A stretch of DNA of 64,000 bases. Source: the human T2T-CHM13v2.0 reference genome, Homo sapiens. Below are positions 12,742 through 27,700 of this stretch, one piece after another. Positions within the stretch are counted from its first letter, which is position 1, and each line of letters starts with the position of its first letter. The translations under genes and the position numbers were made by a program. Location: assembly GCF_009914755.1 (NCBI RefSeq), contig NC_060927.1, one strand, 5' to 3'. Below the pieces are notes generated by a model, which worked only from the letters and a program-made list of their open reading frames with translations, did no database searches and had not been told where the DNA came from.

Positions 12742-15700
12742 TGAGGCCTACAGTAGGAAAGGAAATATCTTCACCTAAAAACTAGACAGAAGTATTGTCA
12801 GAAACTTATTTGTGATATTTGCATTCAACGCACGGAGTTGAACATTCCTCTTGATGGAGCCGTTTTGAAGCACTCTTTTTGTGGAATCTGCAAGTGGATA
12901 TTTGGACCTCTTTGTGGCCTTCGTGGGAAACGTGATTTCTTCATTTACAACTAGACAGAAGAATTCTCAGAAACTTCTTTGTGATGTGTACTTTCAACTC
13001 ACAGAGTTGAAGCTTCCTTTCAATAGAGCACTTTTGAAACTCAGTTTCTGTAGAATTTCCAGGTGGATATTTAGAGCCGTTTGAGGCCTATGGTGGAAAA
13101 GGCAATATCTTCGTAGAAAAACTAGACAGAATGATTCTCAGAAACAACTTTGTGATGTGTGCGTTCAACTCACGGAGTTTAACCTTTCTTTTGATAGACC
13201 AGTTATGAAACACTCTTTTTGTAGAATCTGCAAGTAAACATTTGGACTTTTTTGAGGCCTTCATTGGAAACGGGATTTCTTCATATAAACCTTGACAGAA
13301 GAATTCCCAGAAACTTCTCTGTGATGTGTGCATTTAACTCTCAGAGTTCAACCTTCCTTTTGATAGAAGAGGGATGAAATATTCTTTTTGTAGAATTTCC
13401 AAGTGAATATTTAGAGCGGTTTCAGGCCTATGTAGAAGAGAAAATATCTTCACAGAAAAACTAGACATAATTGTTCTCTGAAGCTACTTTGTGATGTGCG
13501 CATTCAGCTTACAGAGTTTAACCTTTCTTTGGATAGAGCGGTTTTAAACACTCTTTTTGTGGAATTTGCAATTCTATATTTAGAGTGCTTTCAGGCCTGT
13601 GGTACAAAAGGGAATGTCCTCACATAAAACTTAGACAGAAGCATTGTCGGAAACTACTTTGTGATACCTGCCTTCAACTCTCAGAGTTGAATATTCCTCT
13701 TGATGGAGCAGTTTTGAAAAACTCTTTTTGTTGAATCTCCAAGTGGATATTTGGACCTCTTTGTGGCCTTCGTTTGAGACGTGACTTCTTCATACAAAAG
13801 TAGACAGAAGAATTCTCATAAACTTCTTCGTGATGTGTGCTTTCAACTCGCAGCGTTGAAGCTTCCTTTCGATAGAGCAGTTCTGTAACTCACTTTTTGT
13901 AGGATTTCCAAGTGGATATTTAGCGCCGTTTGAGGCCTATGGTGGAAAAGGCAATATCTTCGTAGAAAAACTAGACAGAACGATTCTCAGAAACTACTTT
14001 GTGATGTGTGCCTTCAACTCACGGAGTTTAACCTTTCTTTTGATAGAGCAGTTTTGAAAAACTCTTTTTGTAGAATCTGCAAGTGTATATTGGGACTTTT
14101 CTGAGGCCATCTTTGGAAACGGGATTTCTTCATATAAAACTTGAAAGAAGAATCCTCAGAAAATTATTTGTGATATGTGCATTTAACTCATGGAGTTGAA
14201 ACTTCCTTTCGATAGAAGAGTTTTGAAATACTCTTTTTGTAGAATTTCCAAGTGGATTTTTACAGCGGTGTGAAGTCTATGGCAGCAAAGGAAATATCTT
14301 CACAGAAAAACTGGGCAGATTCATTCTCCGAAGCTGTTTTGTGATGCTTGCATTCAGCTGACAGAGTTTAAACTTCCTTTGATAGAGCAGTTTTGAAACA
14401 CTCTTTTTGTGGAATTTGCAAGTGTCTCTTTAGAGCGTTTTGAGGCCTACAGTAGGAAAGGAAATATCTTCACCTAAAAACTAGACAGAAGTATTGTCAG
14501 AAACTTATTTGTGATATTTGCATTCAACGCACGGAGTTGAACATTCCTCTTGATGGAGCCGTTTTGAAGCACTCTTTTTGTGGAATCTGCAAGTGGATAT
14601 TTGGACCTCTTTGTGGCCTTCGTGGGAAACGTGATTTCTTCATTTACAACTAGACAGAAGAATTCTCAGAAACTTCTTTGTGATGTGTACTTTCAACTCA
14701 CAGAGTTGAAGCTTCCTTTCAATAGAGCACTTTTGAAACTCAGTTTCTGTAGAATTTCCAGGTGGATATTTAGCGCCGTTTGAGGTCTATGGTGGAAAAG
14801 GCAATGTCTTCGTAGAAAAACTAGACAGAATGATTCTCAGAAACAACTTTGTGATGTGTGCGTTCAACTCACGGAGTTTAACCTTTCTTTTGATAGACCA
14901 GTTATGAAACACTCTTTTTGTAGAATCTGCAAGTAAATATTTGGACTTTTTTGAGGCCTTCATTGGAAACGGGATTTCTTCATATAAACCTTGACAGAAG
15001 AATTCCCAGAAACTTCTCTGTGATGTGTGCATTTAACTCTCAGAGTTCAACCTTCCTTTTGATTGAAGAGGGTTGAAATATTCTTTTTGTAGAATTTCCA
15101 AGTGAATATTTAGAGCGGTTTCAGGCCTATGTAGAAGAGAAAATATCTTCACAGAAAAACTAGACATAATTGTTCTCTGAAGCTACTTTGTGATGTGCGA
15201 ATTCAGCTTACAGAGTTTAACCTTTCTTTGGATAGAGCGGTTTTAAACACTCTTTTTGTGGAATTTGCAATTCTATATTTAGAGTGCTTTCAGGCTTGTG
15301 GTACAAAAGGGAATGTCCTCACATAAAATCTAGACAGAAGCATTGTCGGAAACTACTTTGTGATAACTGCCTTCAACTCTCAGAGTTGAATATTCCTCTT
15401 GATGGAGCAGTTTTGAAAAACTCTTTTTGTTGAATCTCCAAGTGGATATTTGGACCTCTTTGTGACCTTCGTTTGAGACGTGACTTCTTCATACAAAACT
15501 AGAGAGAAGAATTCTCATAAACTTCTTCGTGATGTGTGCTTTCAAGTCGCAGCGTTGAAGCTTCCTTTCGATAGAGCAGTTCTGTAAATCTCTTATTGTA
15601 GAATTTCCAAGTGGATATTTAGCGCCGTTTGAGGCCTATGGTGGAAAAGGCAATATCTTCATAGAAAAACTAGACAGAATGATTCTCAGAAACTACTTTG

Positions 15701-18700
15701 TGATGTGTGCCTTCAACTCACAGAGTTTAACCTTTCTTTTGATAGAGCAGTTTTGAAAAACTCTTTTTGTAGAATCTGCAAGTGTATATTGGGACTTTTC
15801 TGAGGCCATCTTTGGAAACGGGATTTCTTCATATAAAACTTGAAAGAAGAATCCTCAGAAAATTATTTGTGATATGTGCATTTAACTCATGGAGTTGAAT
15901 ATTCCTTTCGATAGAAGAGTTTTGAAATACTCTTTTTGTAGAATTTCCAAGTGGATTTTTACAGCGGTTTGAGGTCTATGGCAGCAAAAGGAATATCTTC
16001 ACAGAAAAACTAGGCAGATTCATTCTCCGAAGCTGTTTTGTGATGCTTGCATTCAGCTGACAGAGTTTAAACTTCCTTTGATAGAGCAGTTTTGAAACAC
16101 TCTTTTTGTGGAATTTGCAAGTGTATATTTAGAGCGTTTTGAGGCCTACAGTAGGAAAGGAAATATCTTCACCTAAAAACTAGACAGAAGTATTGTCAGA
16201 AACTTATTTGTGATATTTGCATTCAACGTACAGAGTTGAACATTCCTCTTGATGGAGCCGTTTTGAAGCACTCTTTTTGTGGAATCTGCAAGTGGATATT
16301 TGGACCTCTTTGTGGCCTTCGTGGGAAACGTGATTTCTTCATTTACAACTAGACAGAAGAATTCTCAGAAACTTCTTTGTGATGTGTACTTTCAACTCAC
16401 AGAGTTGAAGCTTCCTTTCAATAGAGCACTTTTGAAACTCAGTTTCTGTAGAATTTCCAGGTGGATATTTAGCGCCGTTTGAGGCCTATGGTGGAAAAGG
16501 CAATGTCTTCGTAGAAAAACTAGACAGAATGATTCTCAGAAACAACTTTGTGATGTGTGCGTTCAACTCACGGAGTTTAACCTTTCTTTTGATAGACCAG
16601 TTATGAAACACTCTTTTTGTAGAATCTGCAAGTAAATATTTGGACTTTTTTGAGGCCTTCATTGGAAACGGGATTTCTTCATATAAACCTTGACAGAAGA
16701 ATTCCCAGAAACTTCTCTGTGATGTGTGCATTTAACTCTCAGAGTTCAACCTTCCTTTTGATTGAAGAGGGTTGAAATATTCTTTTTGTAGAATTTCCAA
16801 GTGAATATTTAGAGCGGTTTCAGGCCTATGTAGAAGATAAAATATCTTCACAGAAAAACTAGACATAATTGTTCTCTGAAGCTACTTTGCGATGTGCGCA
16901 TTCAGCTTACAGAGTTTAACCTTTCTTTGGATCGAGCGGTTTTAAACACTCTTTTTGTGGAATTTGCAATTCTATATTTAGAGTGCTTTCAGGCCTGTGG
17001 TACAAAAGGGAATGTCCTCACATAAAATCTAGACAGAAGCATTGTCGGAAACTACTTTGTGATACCTGCCTTCAACTCTCAGAGTTGAATGTTCCTCTTG
17101 ATGGAGCAGTTTTGAAAAACTCTTTTTGTTGAATCTCCAAGTGGATATTTGGACCTCTTTGTGGCCTTCGTTTGAGACGTGACTTCTTCATACAAAAGTA
17201 GACAGAGGAATTCTCATCAACTTCTTCGTGATGTGTGCTTTCAACTCGCAGCGTTGAAGCTTCCTTTCGATAGAGCAGTTCTGTAACTCTCTTTTTGTAG
17301 AATTTCCAAGTGGATATTTAGCGCCGTTTGAGGCCAATGGTGGAAAAGGCAATATCTTCATAGAAAAACTAGACAGAATGATTCTCAGAAACTACTTTGT
17401 GATGTGTGCCTTCAACTCACAGAGTTTAACCTTTCTTTTGATAGAGCAGTTTTGAAAAACTCTTTTTGTAGAATCTGCAAGTGTATATTGGGACTTTTCT
17501 GAGGCCATCTTTGGAAACGGGATTTCTTCATATAAAACTTGAAAGAAGAGTCCTCAGAAAATTATTTGTGATATGTGCATTTAACTCATGGAGTTGAAAC
17601 TTCCTTTCGATAGAAGAGTTTTGAAATACTCTTTTTGTAGAATTCCCAAGTGGATTTTTACAGCGGTTGGAGGTCTATGGCAGCAAAAGAAATATCTTCA
17701 CAGAAAAACTAGGCAGATTCATTCTCCGAAGCTGTTTTGTGATGCTTGCATTCAGCTGACAGAGTTTAAACTTCCTTTGATAGAGCAGTTTGGAAACACT
17801 CTTTTTGTGGAATTTGCAAGTGTATATTTAGAGCGTTTTGAGGCCTACAGTAGGAAAGGAAATATCTTCACCTAAAAACTAGACAGAAGTATTGCCAGAA
17901 ACTTATTTGTGATATTTGCATTCAACGCACGGAGTTGAACATTCCTCTTGATGGAGCCGTTTTGAAGCACTCTTTTTGTGGAATCTGCAAGTGGATATTT
18001 GGACCTCTTTGTGGCCTTCGTGGGAAACGTGATTTCTTCATTGACAACTAGACAGAAGAATTCTCAGAAACTTCTTTGTGATGTGTACTTTCAACTCACA
18101 GAGTTGAAGCTTCCTTTCAATAGAGCACTTTTGAAACTCAGTTTCTGTAGAATTTCCAGGTGGATATTTAGCGCCGTTTGAGGCCTATGGTGGAAAAGGA
18201 AATATCTTCGTAGAAAAACTAGACAGAATGATTCTCAGAAACAACTTTGTGATGTGTGCGTTCAACTCACGGAGTTTAACCTTTCTTTTGATAGACCAGT
18301 TATGAAACACTCCTTTTGTAGAATCTGCAAGTAAATATTTGGACTTTTTTGAGGCCTTCATTGGAAACGGGATTTCTTCATATAAACCTTGACAGAAGAA
18401 TTCCCAGAAACTTCTCTGTGATGTGTGCATTTAACTCTCAGAGTTCAACCTTCCTTTTGATAGAAGAGGGTTGAAATATCCTTTCTGTAGAATTTCCAAG
18501 TGAATATTTAGAGCGGTTTCAGGCCTATGTAGAAGAGAAAATATCTTCACAGAAAAACTAGACATAATGGTTCTCTGAAGCTACTTTGCGATGTGCGCAT
18601 TCAGCTTACAGAGTTTAACCTTTCTTTGGATAGAGCGGTTTTAAACACTCTTTTTGTGGAATTTGCAATTCTATATTTAGAATGCTTTCAGGCCTGTGGT

Positions 18701-21700
18701 ACAAAAGGGAATGTCCTCACATAAAATCTAGACAGAAGCATTGTCGGAAACTACTTTGTGATAACTGCCTTCAACTCTCAGAGTTGAATATTCCTCTTGA
18801 TGGAGCAGTTTTGAAAAACTCTTTTTGTTGAATCTCCAAGTGGATATTTGGACCTCTTTGTGGCCTTCGTTTGAGAGGTGACTTCTTCATACAAAACTAG
18901 ACAGAAGAATTCTCATAAACTTCTTCGTGATGTGTGCTTTCAACTCGCAGCGTTGAAGCTTCCTTTCGATAGAGCAGTTCTGTAACTCTCTTATTGTAGA
19001 ATTTCCAAGTGGATATTTAGCGCCGTTTGAGGCCTATGGTGGAAAAGGCAATATCTTCATAGAAAAACTAGACAGAATGATTCTCAGAAACTACTTTGTA
19101 ATGTGTGCCTTCAACTCACAGAGTTTAACCTTTCTTTTGATAGAGCAGTTTTGAAAAACTCTTTTTGTAGAATCTGCAAGTGTATATTGGGACTTTTCTG
19201 AGGCCATCTTTGGAAACGGGATTTCTTCATATAAAACTTGAAAGAAGAATCCTCAGAAAATTATTTGTGATATGTGCATTTAACTCATGGATTTGAAACT
19301 TCCTTTCGATAGAAAGGATTTGAAATACTCTTTTTGTAGAATTTCCAAGTGGATTTTTACAGCGGTGTGAGGTCTATGGCAGCAAAAGAAATATCTTCAC
19401 AGAAAAACTGGGCAGATTCATTCTCCGAAGCTGTTTTGTGATGCTTGCATTCAGCTGACAGAGTATAAACTTCCTTTGATAGAGCAGTTTTGAAACACTC
19501 TTTTTGCGGAATTTGCAAGTGTATATTTAGAGCGTTTTGAGGCCTACAGTACGAAAGGAAATATCTTCATCTAAAATCTAGACAGAAGTATTGTCAGAAA
19601 CTTATTTGTGATATTTGCATTCAACGCACGGAGTTGAACATTCCTCTTGATGGAGCCGTTTTGAAGCACTCTTTTTGTGGAATCTGCAAGTGGATATTTG
19701 GACCTCTTTGTGGCCTTCGTGGGACACTTGATTTCTTCATTTACAACTAGACAGAAGAATTCTCAGAAACTTCTTTGTGATGTGTACTTTCAACTCACAG
19801 AGTTGAAGCTTCCTTTCAATAGAGCACTTTTGAAACTCAGTTTCTGTAGAATTTCCAGGTGGATATTTAGCGCCGTTTGAGGCCTATGGTGGAAAAGGCA
19901 ATATCTTCATAGAAAAACTAGACAGAATGATTCTCAGAAACAACTTTGTGATGTGTGCGTTCAACTCACGGAGTTTAACCTTTCTTTTGATAGACCAGTT
20001 ATGAAACACTCTTTTTGTAGAATCTGCAAGTAAATATTTGGACTTTTTTGAGGCCTTCATTGGAAACGGGATTTCTTCATATAAACCTTGACAGAAGAAT
20101 TCCCAGAAACTTCTCTGTGATGTGTGCATTTAACTCTCAGAGTTCAACCTTCCTTTTGATAGAAGAGGGTTGAAATATTCTTTTTGTAGAATTTCCAAGT
20201 GAATATTTAGAGCGGTTTCAGGCCTATGTAGAAGAGAAAATATCTTCACTGAAAAACTAGACATAATTGTTCTCTGAAGCTACTTTGTGATGTGCGCATT
20301 CAGCTTACAGAGTTTAACCTTTCTTTGGATAGAGCGGTTTTAAACACTCTTTTTGTGGAATTTGCAATTCTATATTTAGAGTGCTTTCAGGCCTGTGGTA
20401 CAAAAGGGAATGTCCTCACATAAAATCTAGACAGAAGCATTGTCGGAAACTACATTGTGATAACTGCCTTCAACTTTCAGAGTTGAATATTCCTCTTGAT
20501 GGAGCAGTTTTGAAAAACTCTTTTTGTTGAATCTCCAAGTGGATATTTGGACCTCTTTGTGACCTTCGTTTGAGACGTGACTTCTTCATACAAAACTAGA
20601 GAGAAGAATTCTCATAAACTTCTTCGTGATGTGTGCTTTCAACTCGCAGCGTTGAAGCTTCCTTTCGATAGAGCAGTTCTGTAAATCTCTTATTGTAGAA
20701 TTTCCAAGTGGATATTTAGCGCCGTTTGAGGCCTATGGTGGAAAAGGCAATATCTTCATAGAAAAACTAGACAGAATGATTCTCAGAAACTACTTTGTGA
20801 TGTGTGCCTTCAACTCACAGAGTTTAACCTTTCTTTTGATAGAGCAGTTTTGAAAAACTCTTTTTGTAGAATCTGCAAGTGTATATTGGGACTTTTCTGA
20901 GGCCATCTTTGGAAACGGGATTTCTTCATATTAAACTTGAAAGAAGAATCCTCAGAAAATTATTTGTGATATGTGCATTTAACTCATGGAGTTGAAACTT
21001 CCTTTCGATAGAGGAGTTTTGAAATACTCTTTTTGTAGAATTTCCAAGTGGATTTTTACAGCGGTGTGAGGTCTGTGGCAGCAAAAGAAATATCTTCACA
21101 GAAAAACTGGGCAGATTCATTCTCCGAAGCTGTTTTGTGATGCTTGCATTCAGCTGACAGAGTTTAAACTTCCTTTGAAAGAGCAGTTTTGAAACACTCT
21201 TTTTGTGGAATTTGCAAGTGTATATTTAGAGCGTTTTGAGGCCTACATTGGGAAAGGAAATATCTTCACCTAAAAACTAGACAGAAGTATTGTCAGAAAC
21301 TTATTTGTGATATTTGCATTCAACGCACGGAGTTGAACATTCCTCTTGATGGAGCCGTTTTGAAGCACTCTTTTTGTGGAATCTGCAAGTGGATATTTGG
21401 ACCTCTTTGTGGCCTTCGTGGGACACGTGATTTCTTCATTTACAACTAGACAGAAGAATTCTCAGAAACTTCTTTGTGATGTGTACTTTCAACTCACAGA
21501 GTTGAAGCTTCCTTTCAATAGAGCACTTTTGAAACTCAGTTTCTGTAGAATTTCCAGGTGGATATTTAGCGCCGTTTGAGGCCTATGGTGGAAAAGGCAA
21601 TATCTTCGTAGAAAAACTAGACAGAATGATTCTCAGAAACAACTTTGTGATGTGTGCGTTCAACTCACGGAGTTTAACCTTTCTTTTGATAGACCAGTTA

Positions 21701-24700
21701 TGAAACACTCTTTTTGTAGAATCTGCAAGTAAATATTTGGACTTTTTTGAGGCCTTCATTGGAAACGGGATTTCTTCATATAAACCTTGACAGAAGAATT
21801 CCCAGAAACTTCTCTGTGATGTGTGCATTTAACTCTCAGAGTTCAACCTTCCTTTTGATAGAAGAGGGTTGAAATATTCTTTTTGTAGAATTTCCAAGTG
21901 AATATTTAGAGCGGTTTCAGGCCTATGTAGAAGAGAAAATATCTTCACAGAAAAACTAGACATAATTGTTCTCTGAAGCTACTTTGCGATGTGCGCATTC
22001 AGCTTACAGAGTTTAACCTTTCTTTGGATAGAGCGGTTTTAAACACTCTTTTTGTGGAATTTGCAATTCTATATTTAGAGTGCTTTCAGCCTGTGGTACA
22101 AAAGAGAATGTCCTCACATAAAATCTAGACAGAAGCATTGTCGGAAACTACTTTGTGATACCTGCCTTCAACTCTCAGAGTTGAACATTCCTCTTGATGG
22201 AGCAGTTTTGAAAAACTCTTTTTGTTGAATCTCCAAGTGGATATTTGGACCTCTTTGTGGCCTTCGTTTGAGACGTGACTTCTTCATACAAAAGTAGACA
22301 GAAGAATTCTCATAAACTTCTTCGTGATGTGTGCTTTCAACTCGCAGCGTTGAAGCTTCCTTTCGATAGAGCAGTTCTGTAACTCTCTTTTTGTAGAATT
22401 TCCAAGTGGATATTTAGCGCCGTTTGAGGCCTATTGTGGAAAAGGCAATCTCCTCATAGAAAAACTAGACAGAATGATTCTCAGAAACTACTTTGTGATG
22501 TGTGCCTTCAACTCACAGAGTTTAACCTTTCTTTTGATAGAGCAGTTTTGAAAAACTCTTTTTGTAGAATCTGCAAGTGTATATTGGGACTTTTCTGAGG
22601 CCATCTTTGGAAACGGGATTTCTTCATTATAAGACTTGAAAGAAGAATCCTCAGAAAATTATTTGTGATATGTGCATTTAACTCATGGAGTTGAAACTTC
22701 CTTTCGATAGAAGAGTTTTGAAATACTCTTTTTGTAGAATTTCCAAGTGGATTTTTACAGCGGTGTGAAGACTATGGCAGCAAAAGAAATATCTTTACAG
22801 AAAAACTGGGCAGATTCATTCTCCGAAGCTGTTTTGTGATGCTTGCATTCAGCTGACGGAGTTTAAACTTCCTTTGATAGAGCAGTTTTGAAACACTCTT
22901 TTTGTGGAATTTGCAAGTGTCTCTTTAGAGCGTTTTGAGGCCTACAGTAGGAAAGGAAATATCTTCACCTAAAAACTAGACAGAAGTATTGTCAGAAACT
23001 TATTTGTGATATTTGCATTCAACGCACGGAGTTGAACATTCCTCTTGATGGAGCCGTTTTGAAGCACTCTTTTTGTGGAATCTGCAAGTGGATATTTGGA
23101 CCTCTTTGTGGCCTTCGTGGGAAACGTGATTTCTTCATTTACAACTAGACAGAAGAATTCTCAGAAACTTCTTTGTGATGTGTACTTTCAACTCACAGAG
23201 TTGAAGCTTCCTTTCAATAGAGCACTTTTGAAACTCAGTTTCTGTAGAATTTCCAGGTGGATATTTAGCGCCGTTTGAGGCCTATGGTGGAAAAGGCAAT
23301 ATCTTCGTAGAAAAACTACACAGAATGATTCTCAGAAACAACTTTGTGATGTGTGCGTTCAACTCACGGAGTTTAACCTTTCTTTTGATAGACCAGTTAT
23401 GAAACACTCTTTTTGTAGAATCTGCAAGTAAATATTTGGACTTTTTTGAGGCCTTCATTGGAAACGGGATTTCTTCATATAAACCTTGACAGAAGAATTC
23501 CCAGAAACTTCTCTGTGATGTGTGCATTTAACTCTCAGAGTTCAACCTTCCTTTTGATAGAAGAGGGTTGAAATATTCTTTTTGTAGAATTTCCACGTGA
23601 ATATTTAGAGCGGTTTCAGGCCTATGTAGAAGATAAAATATCTTCACAGAAAAACTAGACATAATTGTTCTCTGAAGCTACTTTGCGATGTGCGCATTCA
23701 GCTTACAGAGTTTAACCTTTCTTTGGATAGAGCGGTTTTAAACACTCTTTTTGTGGAATTTGCAATTCTATATTTAAAGTGCTTTCAGGCCTGTGGTACA
23801 AAAGGGAATGTCCTCACATAAAATCTAGACAGAAGCATTGTCGGAAACTGCTTTGTGATACCTACCTTCAACTCTCAGAGTTGAATATTCCTCTTGATGG
23901 AGCAGTTTTGAAAAACTCTTTTTGTTGAATCTCCAAGTGGATATTTGGGCCTCTTTGTGGCCTTCGTTTGAGACGTGACTGCTTCATACAAATGTAGACA
24001 GAAGAATTCTCATAAACTTCTTCGTGATGTGTGCTTTCAACTCGCAGCGTTGAAGCTTCCTTTCGATAGAGCAGTTCTGTAACTCTCTTTTTGTAGAATT
24101 TCCAAGTGGATATTTAGCGCCGTTTGAGGCCTATGGTGGAAAAGGCAATATCTTCATAGAAAAACTAGACAGAATGATTCTCAGAAACTACTTTGTGATG
24201 TGTGCCTTCAACTCACAGAGTTTAAACTTTCTTTTGATAGAGCAGTTTTGAAAAGCTCTTTTTGTAGAATCTGGAAGTGTATATTGGGACTTTTCTGAGG
24301 CCATCTTTGGAAACGGGATTTCTTCATATAAAACTTGAAAGAAGAATCCTCAGAAAATTATTTGTGATATGTGCATTTAACTCATGGAGTTGAAACTTCC
24401 TATCGATAGAAGAGTTTTGAAATACTCTTTTTGTAGAATTTCCAAGTGGATTTTTACAGCGGTTTGAGGTCTATGGCAGCAAAAGGAATATCTTCAAAGA
24501 AAAACTTGGCAGATTCATTCTCCGAAGCTGTTTTGTGATGCTTGCATTCAGCTGACAGAGTTTAAACTTCCTTTGATAGAGCAGTTTTGAAACACTCTTT
24601 TTGCGGTATTTGCAAGTGTATATTTAGAGCGTTTTGAGGCCTACAGTAGGAAAGGAAATATCTTCACCTAAAAACTAGACAGAAGTATTGTCAGAAACTT

Positions 24701-27700
24701 ATTTGTGATATTTGCATTCAACGTACAGAGTTGAACATTCCTCTTGATGGAGCCGTTTTGAAGCACTCTTTTTGTGGAATCTGCAAGTGGATATTTGGAC
24801 CTCTTTGTGGCCTTCGTGGGAAACGTGATTTCTTCATTTACAACTAGACAGAAGAATTCTCCGAAACTTCTTTGTGATGTGTACTTTCAACTCACAGAGT
24901 TGAAGCTTCCTTTCAATAGAGCACTTTTGAAACTCAGTTTCTGTAGAATTTCCAGGTGGATATTTAGCGCCGTTTGAGGTCTATGGTGGAAAAGGCAATG
25001 TCTTCGTAGAAAAACTAGACAGAATGATTCTCAGAAACAACTTTGTGATGTGTGCGTTCAACTCACGGAGTTTAACCTTTCTTTTGATAGACCAGTTATG
25101 AAACACTCTTTTTGTAGAATCTGCAAGTAAATATTTGGACTTTTTTGAGGCCTTCATTGGAAACGGGATTTCTTCATATAAACCTTGACAGAAGAATTCC
25201 CAGAAACTTCTCTGTGATGTGTGCATTTAACTCTCAGAGTTCAACCTTCCTTTTGATAGAAGAGGGTTGAAATATTCTTTTTGTAGAATTTCCAAGTGAA
25301 TATTTAGAGCGGTTTCAGGCCTATGTAGAAGAGAAAATATCTTCACAGAAAAACTAGACATAATTGTTCTCTGAAGCTACTTTGTGATGTGCGAATTCAG
25401 CTTACAGAGTTTAACCTTTCTTTGGATAGAGCGGTTTTAAACACTCTTTTTGTGGAATTTGCAATTCTATATTTAGAGTGCTTTCAGGCCTGTGGTACAA
25501 AAGGGAATGTCCTCACATAAAATCTAGACAGAAGCATTGTCGGAAACTACTTTGTGATAACTGCCTTCAACTCTCAGAGTTGAATATTCCTCTTGATGGA
25601 GCAGTTTTGAAAAACTCTTTTTGTTGAATCTCCAAGTGGATATTTGGACCTCTTTGTGACCTTCGTTTGAGACGTGACTTCTTCATACAAAACTAGAGAG
25701 AAGAATTCTCATAAACTTCTTCGTGATGTGTGCTTTCAACTCGCAGCGTTGAAGCTTCCTTTCGATAGAGCAGTTCTGTAAATCTCTTATTGTAGAATTT
25801 CCAAGTGGATATTTAGCGCCGTTTGAGGCCTATGGTGGAAAAGGCAATATCTTCATAGAAAAACTAGACAGAATGATTCTCAGAAACTACTTTGTGATGT
25901 GTGCCTTCAATTCACAGAGTTTAACCTTTCTTTTGATAGAGCAGTTTTGAAAAACTCTTTTTGTAGAATCTGCAAGTGTATATTGGGACTTTTCTGAGGC
26001 CATCTTTGGAAACGGGATTTCTTCATATAAAACTTGAAAGAAGAATCCTCAGAAAATTATTTGTGATATGTGCATTTAACTCATGGAGTTGAATATTCCT
26101 TTCGATAGAAGAGTTTTGAAATACTCTTTTTGTAGAATTTCCAAGTGGATTTTTACAGCGGTTTGAGGTCTATGGCAGCAAAAGGAATATCTTCACAGAA
26201 AAACTAGGCAGATTCATTCTCCGAAGCTGTTTTGTGGTGCTTGCATTCAGCTGACAGAGTTTAAACTTCCTTTGATAGAGCAGTTTTGAAACACTCTTTT
26301 TGTGGAATTTGCAAGTGTATATTTAGAGCGTTTTGAGGCCTACAGTAGGAAAGGAAATATCTTCACCTAAAAACTAGACAGAAGTATTGTCAGAAACTTA
26401 TTTGTGATATTTGCATTCAACGTACAGAGTTGAACATTCCTCTTGATGGAGCCGTTTTGAAGCACTCTTTTTGTGGAATCTGCAAGTGGATATTTGGACC
26501 TCTTTGTGGCCTTCGTGGGAAACGTGATTTCTTCATTTACAACTAGACAGAAGAATTCTCAGAAACTTCTTTGTGATGTGTACTTTCAACTCACAGAGTT
26601 GAAGCTTCCTTTCAATAGAGCACTTTTGAAACTCAGTTTCTGTAGAATTTCCAGGTGGATATTTAGCGCCGTTTGAGGCCTATGGTGGAAAAGGCAATGT
26701 CTTCGTAGAAAAACTAGACAGAATGATTCTCAGAAACAACTTTGTGATGTGTGCGTTCAACTCACGGAGTTTAACCTTTCTTTTGATAGACCAGTTATGA
26801 AACACTCTTTTTGTAGAATCTGCAAGTAAATATTTGGACTTTTTTGAGGCCTTCATTGGAAACGGGATTTCTTCATATAAACCTTGACAGAAGAATTCCC
26901 AGAAACTTCTCTGTGATGTGTGCATTTAACTCTCAGAGTTCAACCTTCCTTTTGATTGAAGAGGGTTGAAATATTCTTTTTGTAGAATTTCCAAGTGAAT
27001 ATTTAGAGCAGTTTCAGGCCTATGTAGAAGATAAAATATCTTCACAGAAAAACTAGACATAATTGTTCTCTGAAGCTACTTTGCGATGTGCGCATTCAGC
27101 TTACAGAGTTTAACCTTTCTTTGGATAGAGCGGTTTTAAACACTCTTTTTGTGGAATTTGCAATTCTATATTTAGAGTGCTTTCAGGCCTGTGGTACAAA
27201 AGGGAATGTCCTCACATAAAATCTAGACAGAAGCATTGTCGGAAACTGCTTTGTGATACCTACCTTCAACTCTCAGAGTTGAATATTCCTCTTGATGGAG
27301 CAGTTTTGAAAAACTCTTTTTGTTGAATCTCCAAGTGGATATTTGGGCCTCTTTGTGGCCTTCGTTTGAGACGTGACTGCTTCATACAAATGTAGACAGA
27401 AGAATTCTCATAAACTTCTTCGGGATGTGTGCTTTCAACTTGCAGCGTTGAAGCTTCCTTTCGATAGAGCAGTTCTGTAACTCTCTTTTTGTAGAATTTC
27501 CAAGTGGATATTTAGCGCCGTTTGAGGCCTATGGTGGAAAAGGCAATATCTTCATAGAAAAACTAGACAGAATGATTCTCAGAAACTACTTTGTGATGTG
27601 TGCCTTCAACTCACAGAGTTTAAACTTTCTTTTGACAGAGCAGTTTTGAAAAGCTCTTTTTGTAGAATCTGCAAGTGTATATTGGGACTTTTCTGAGGCC

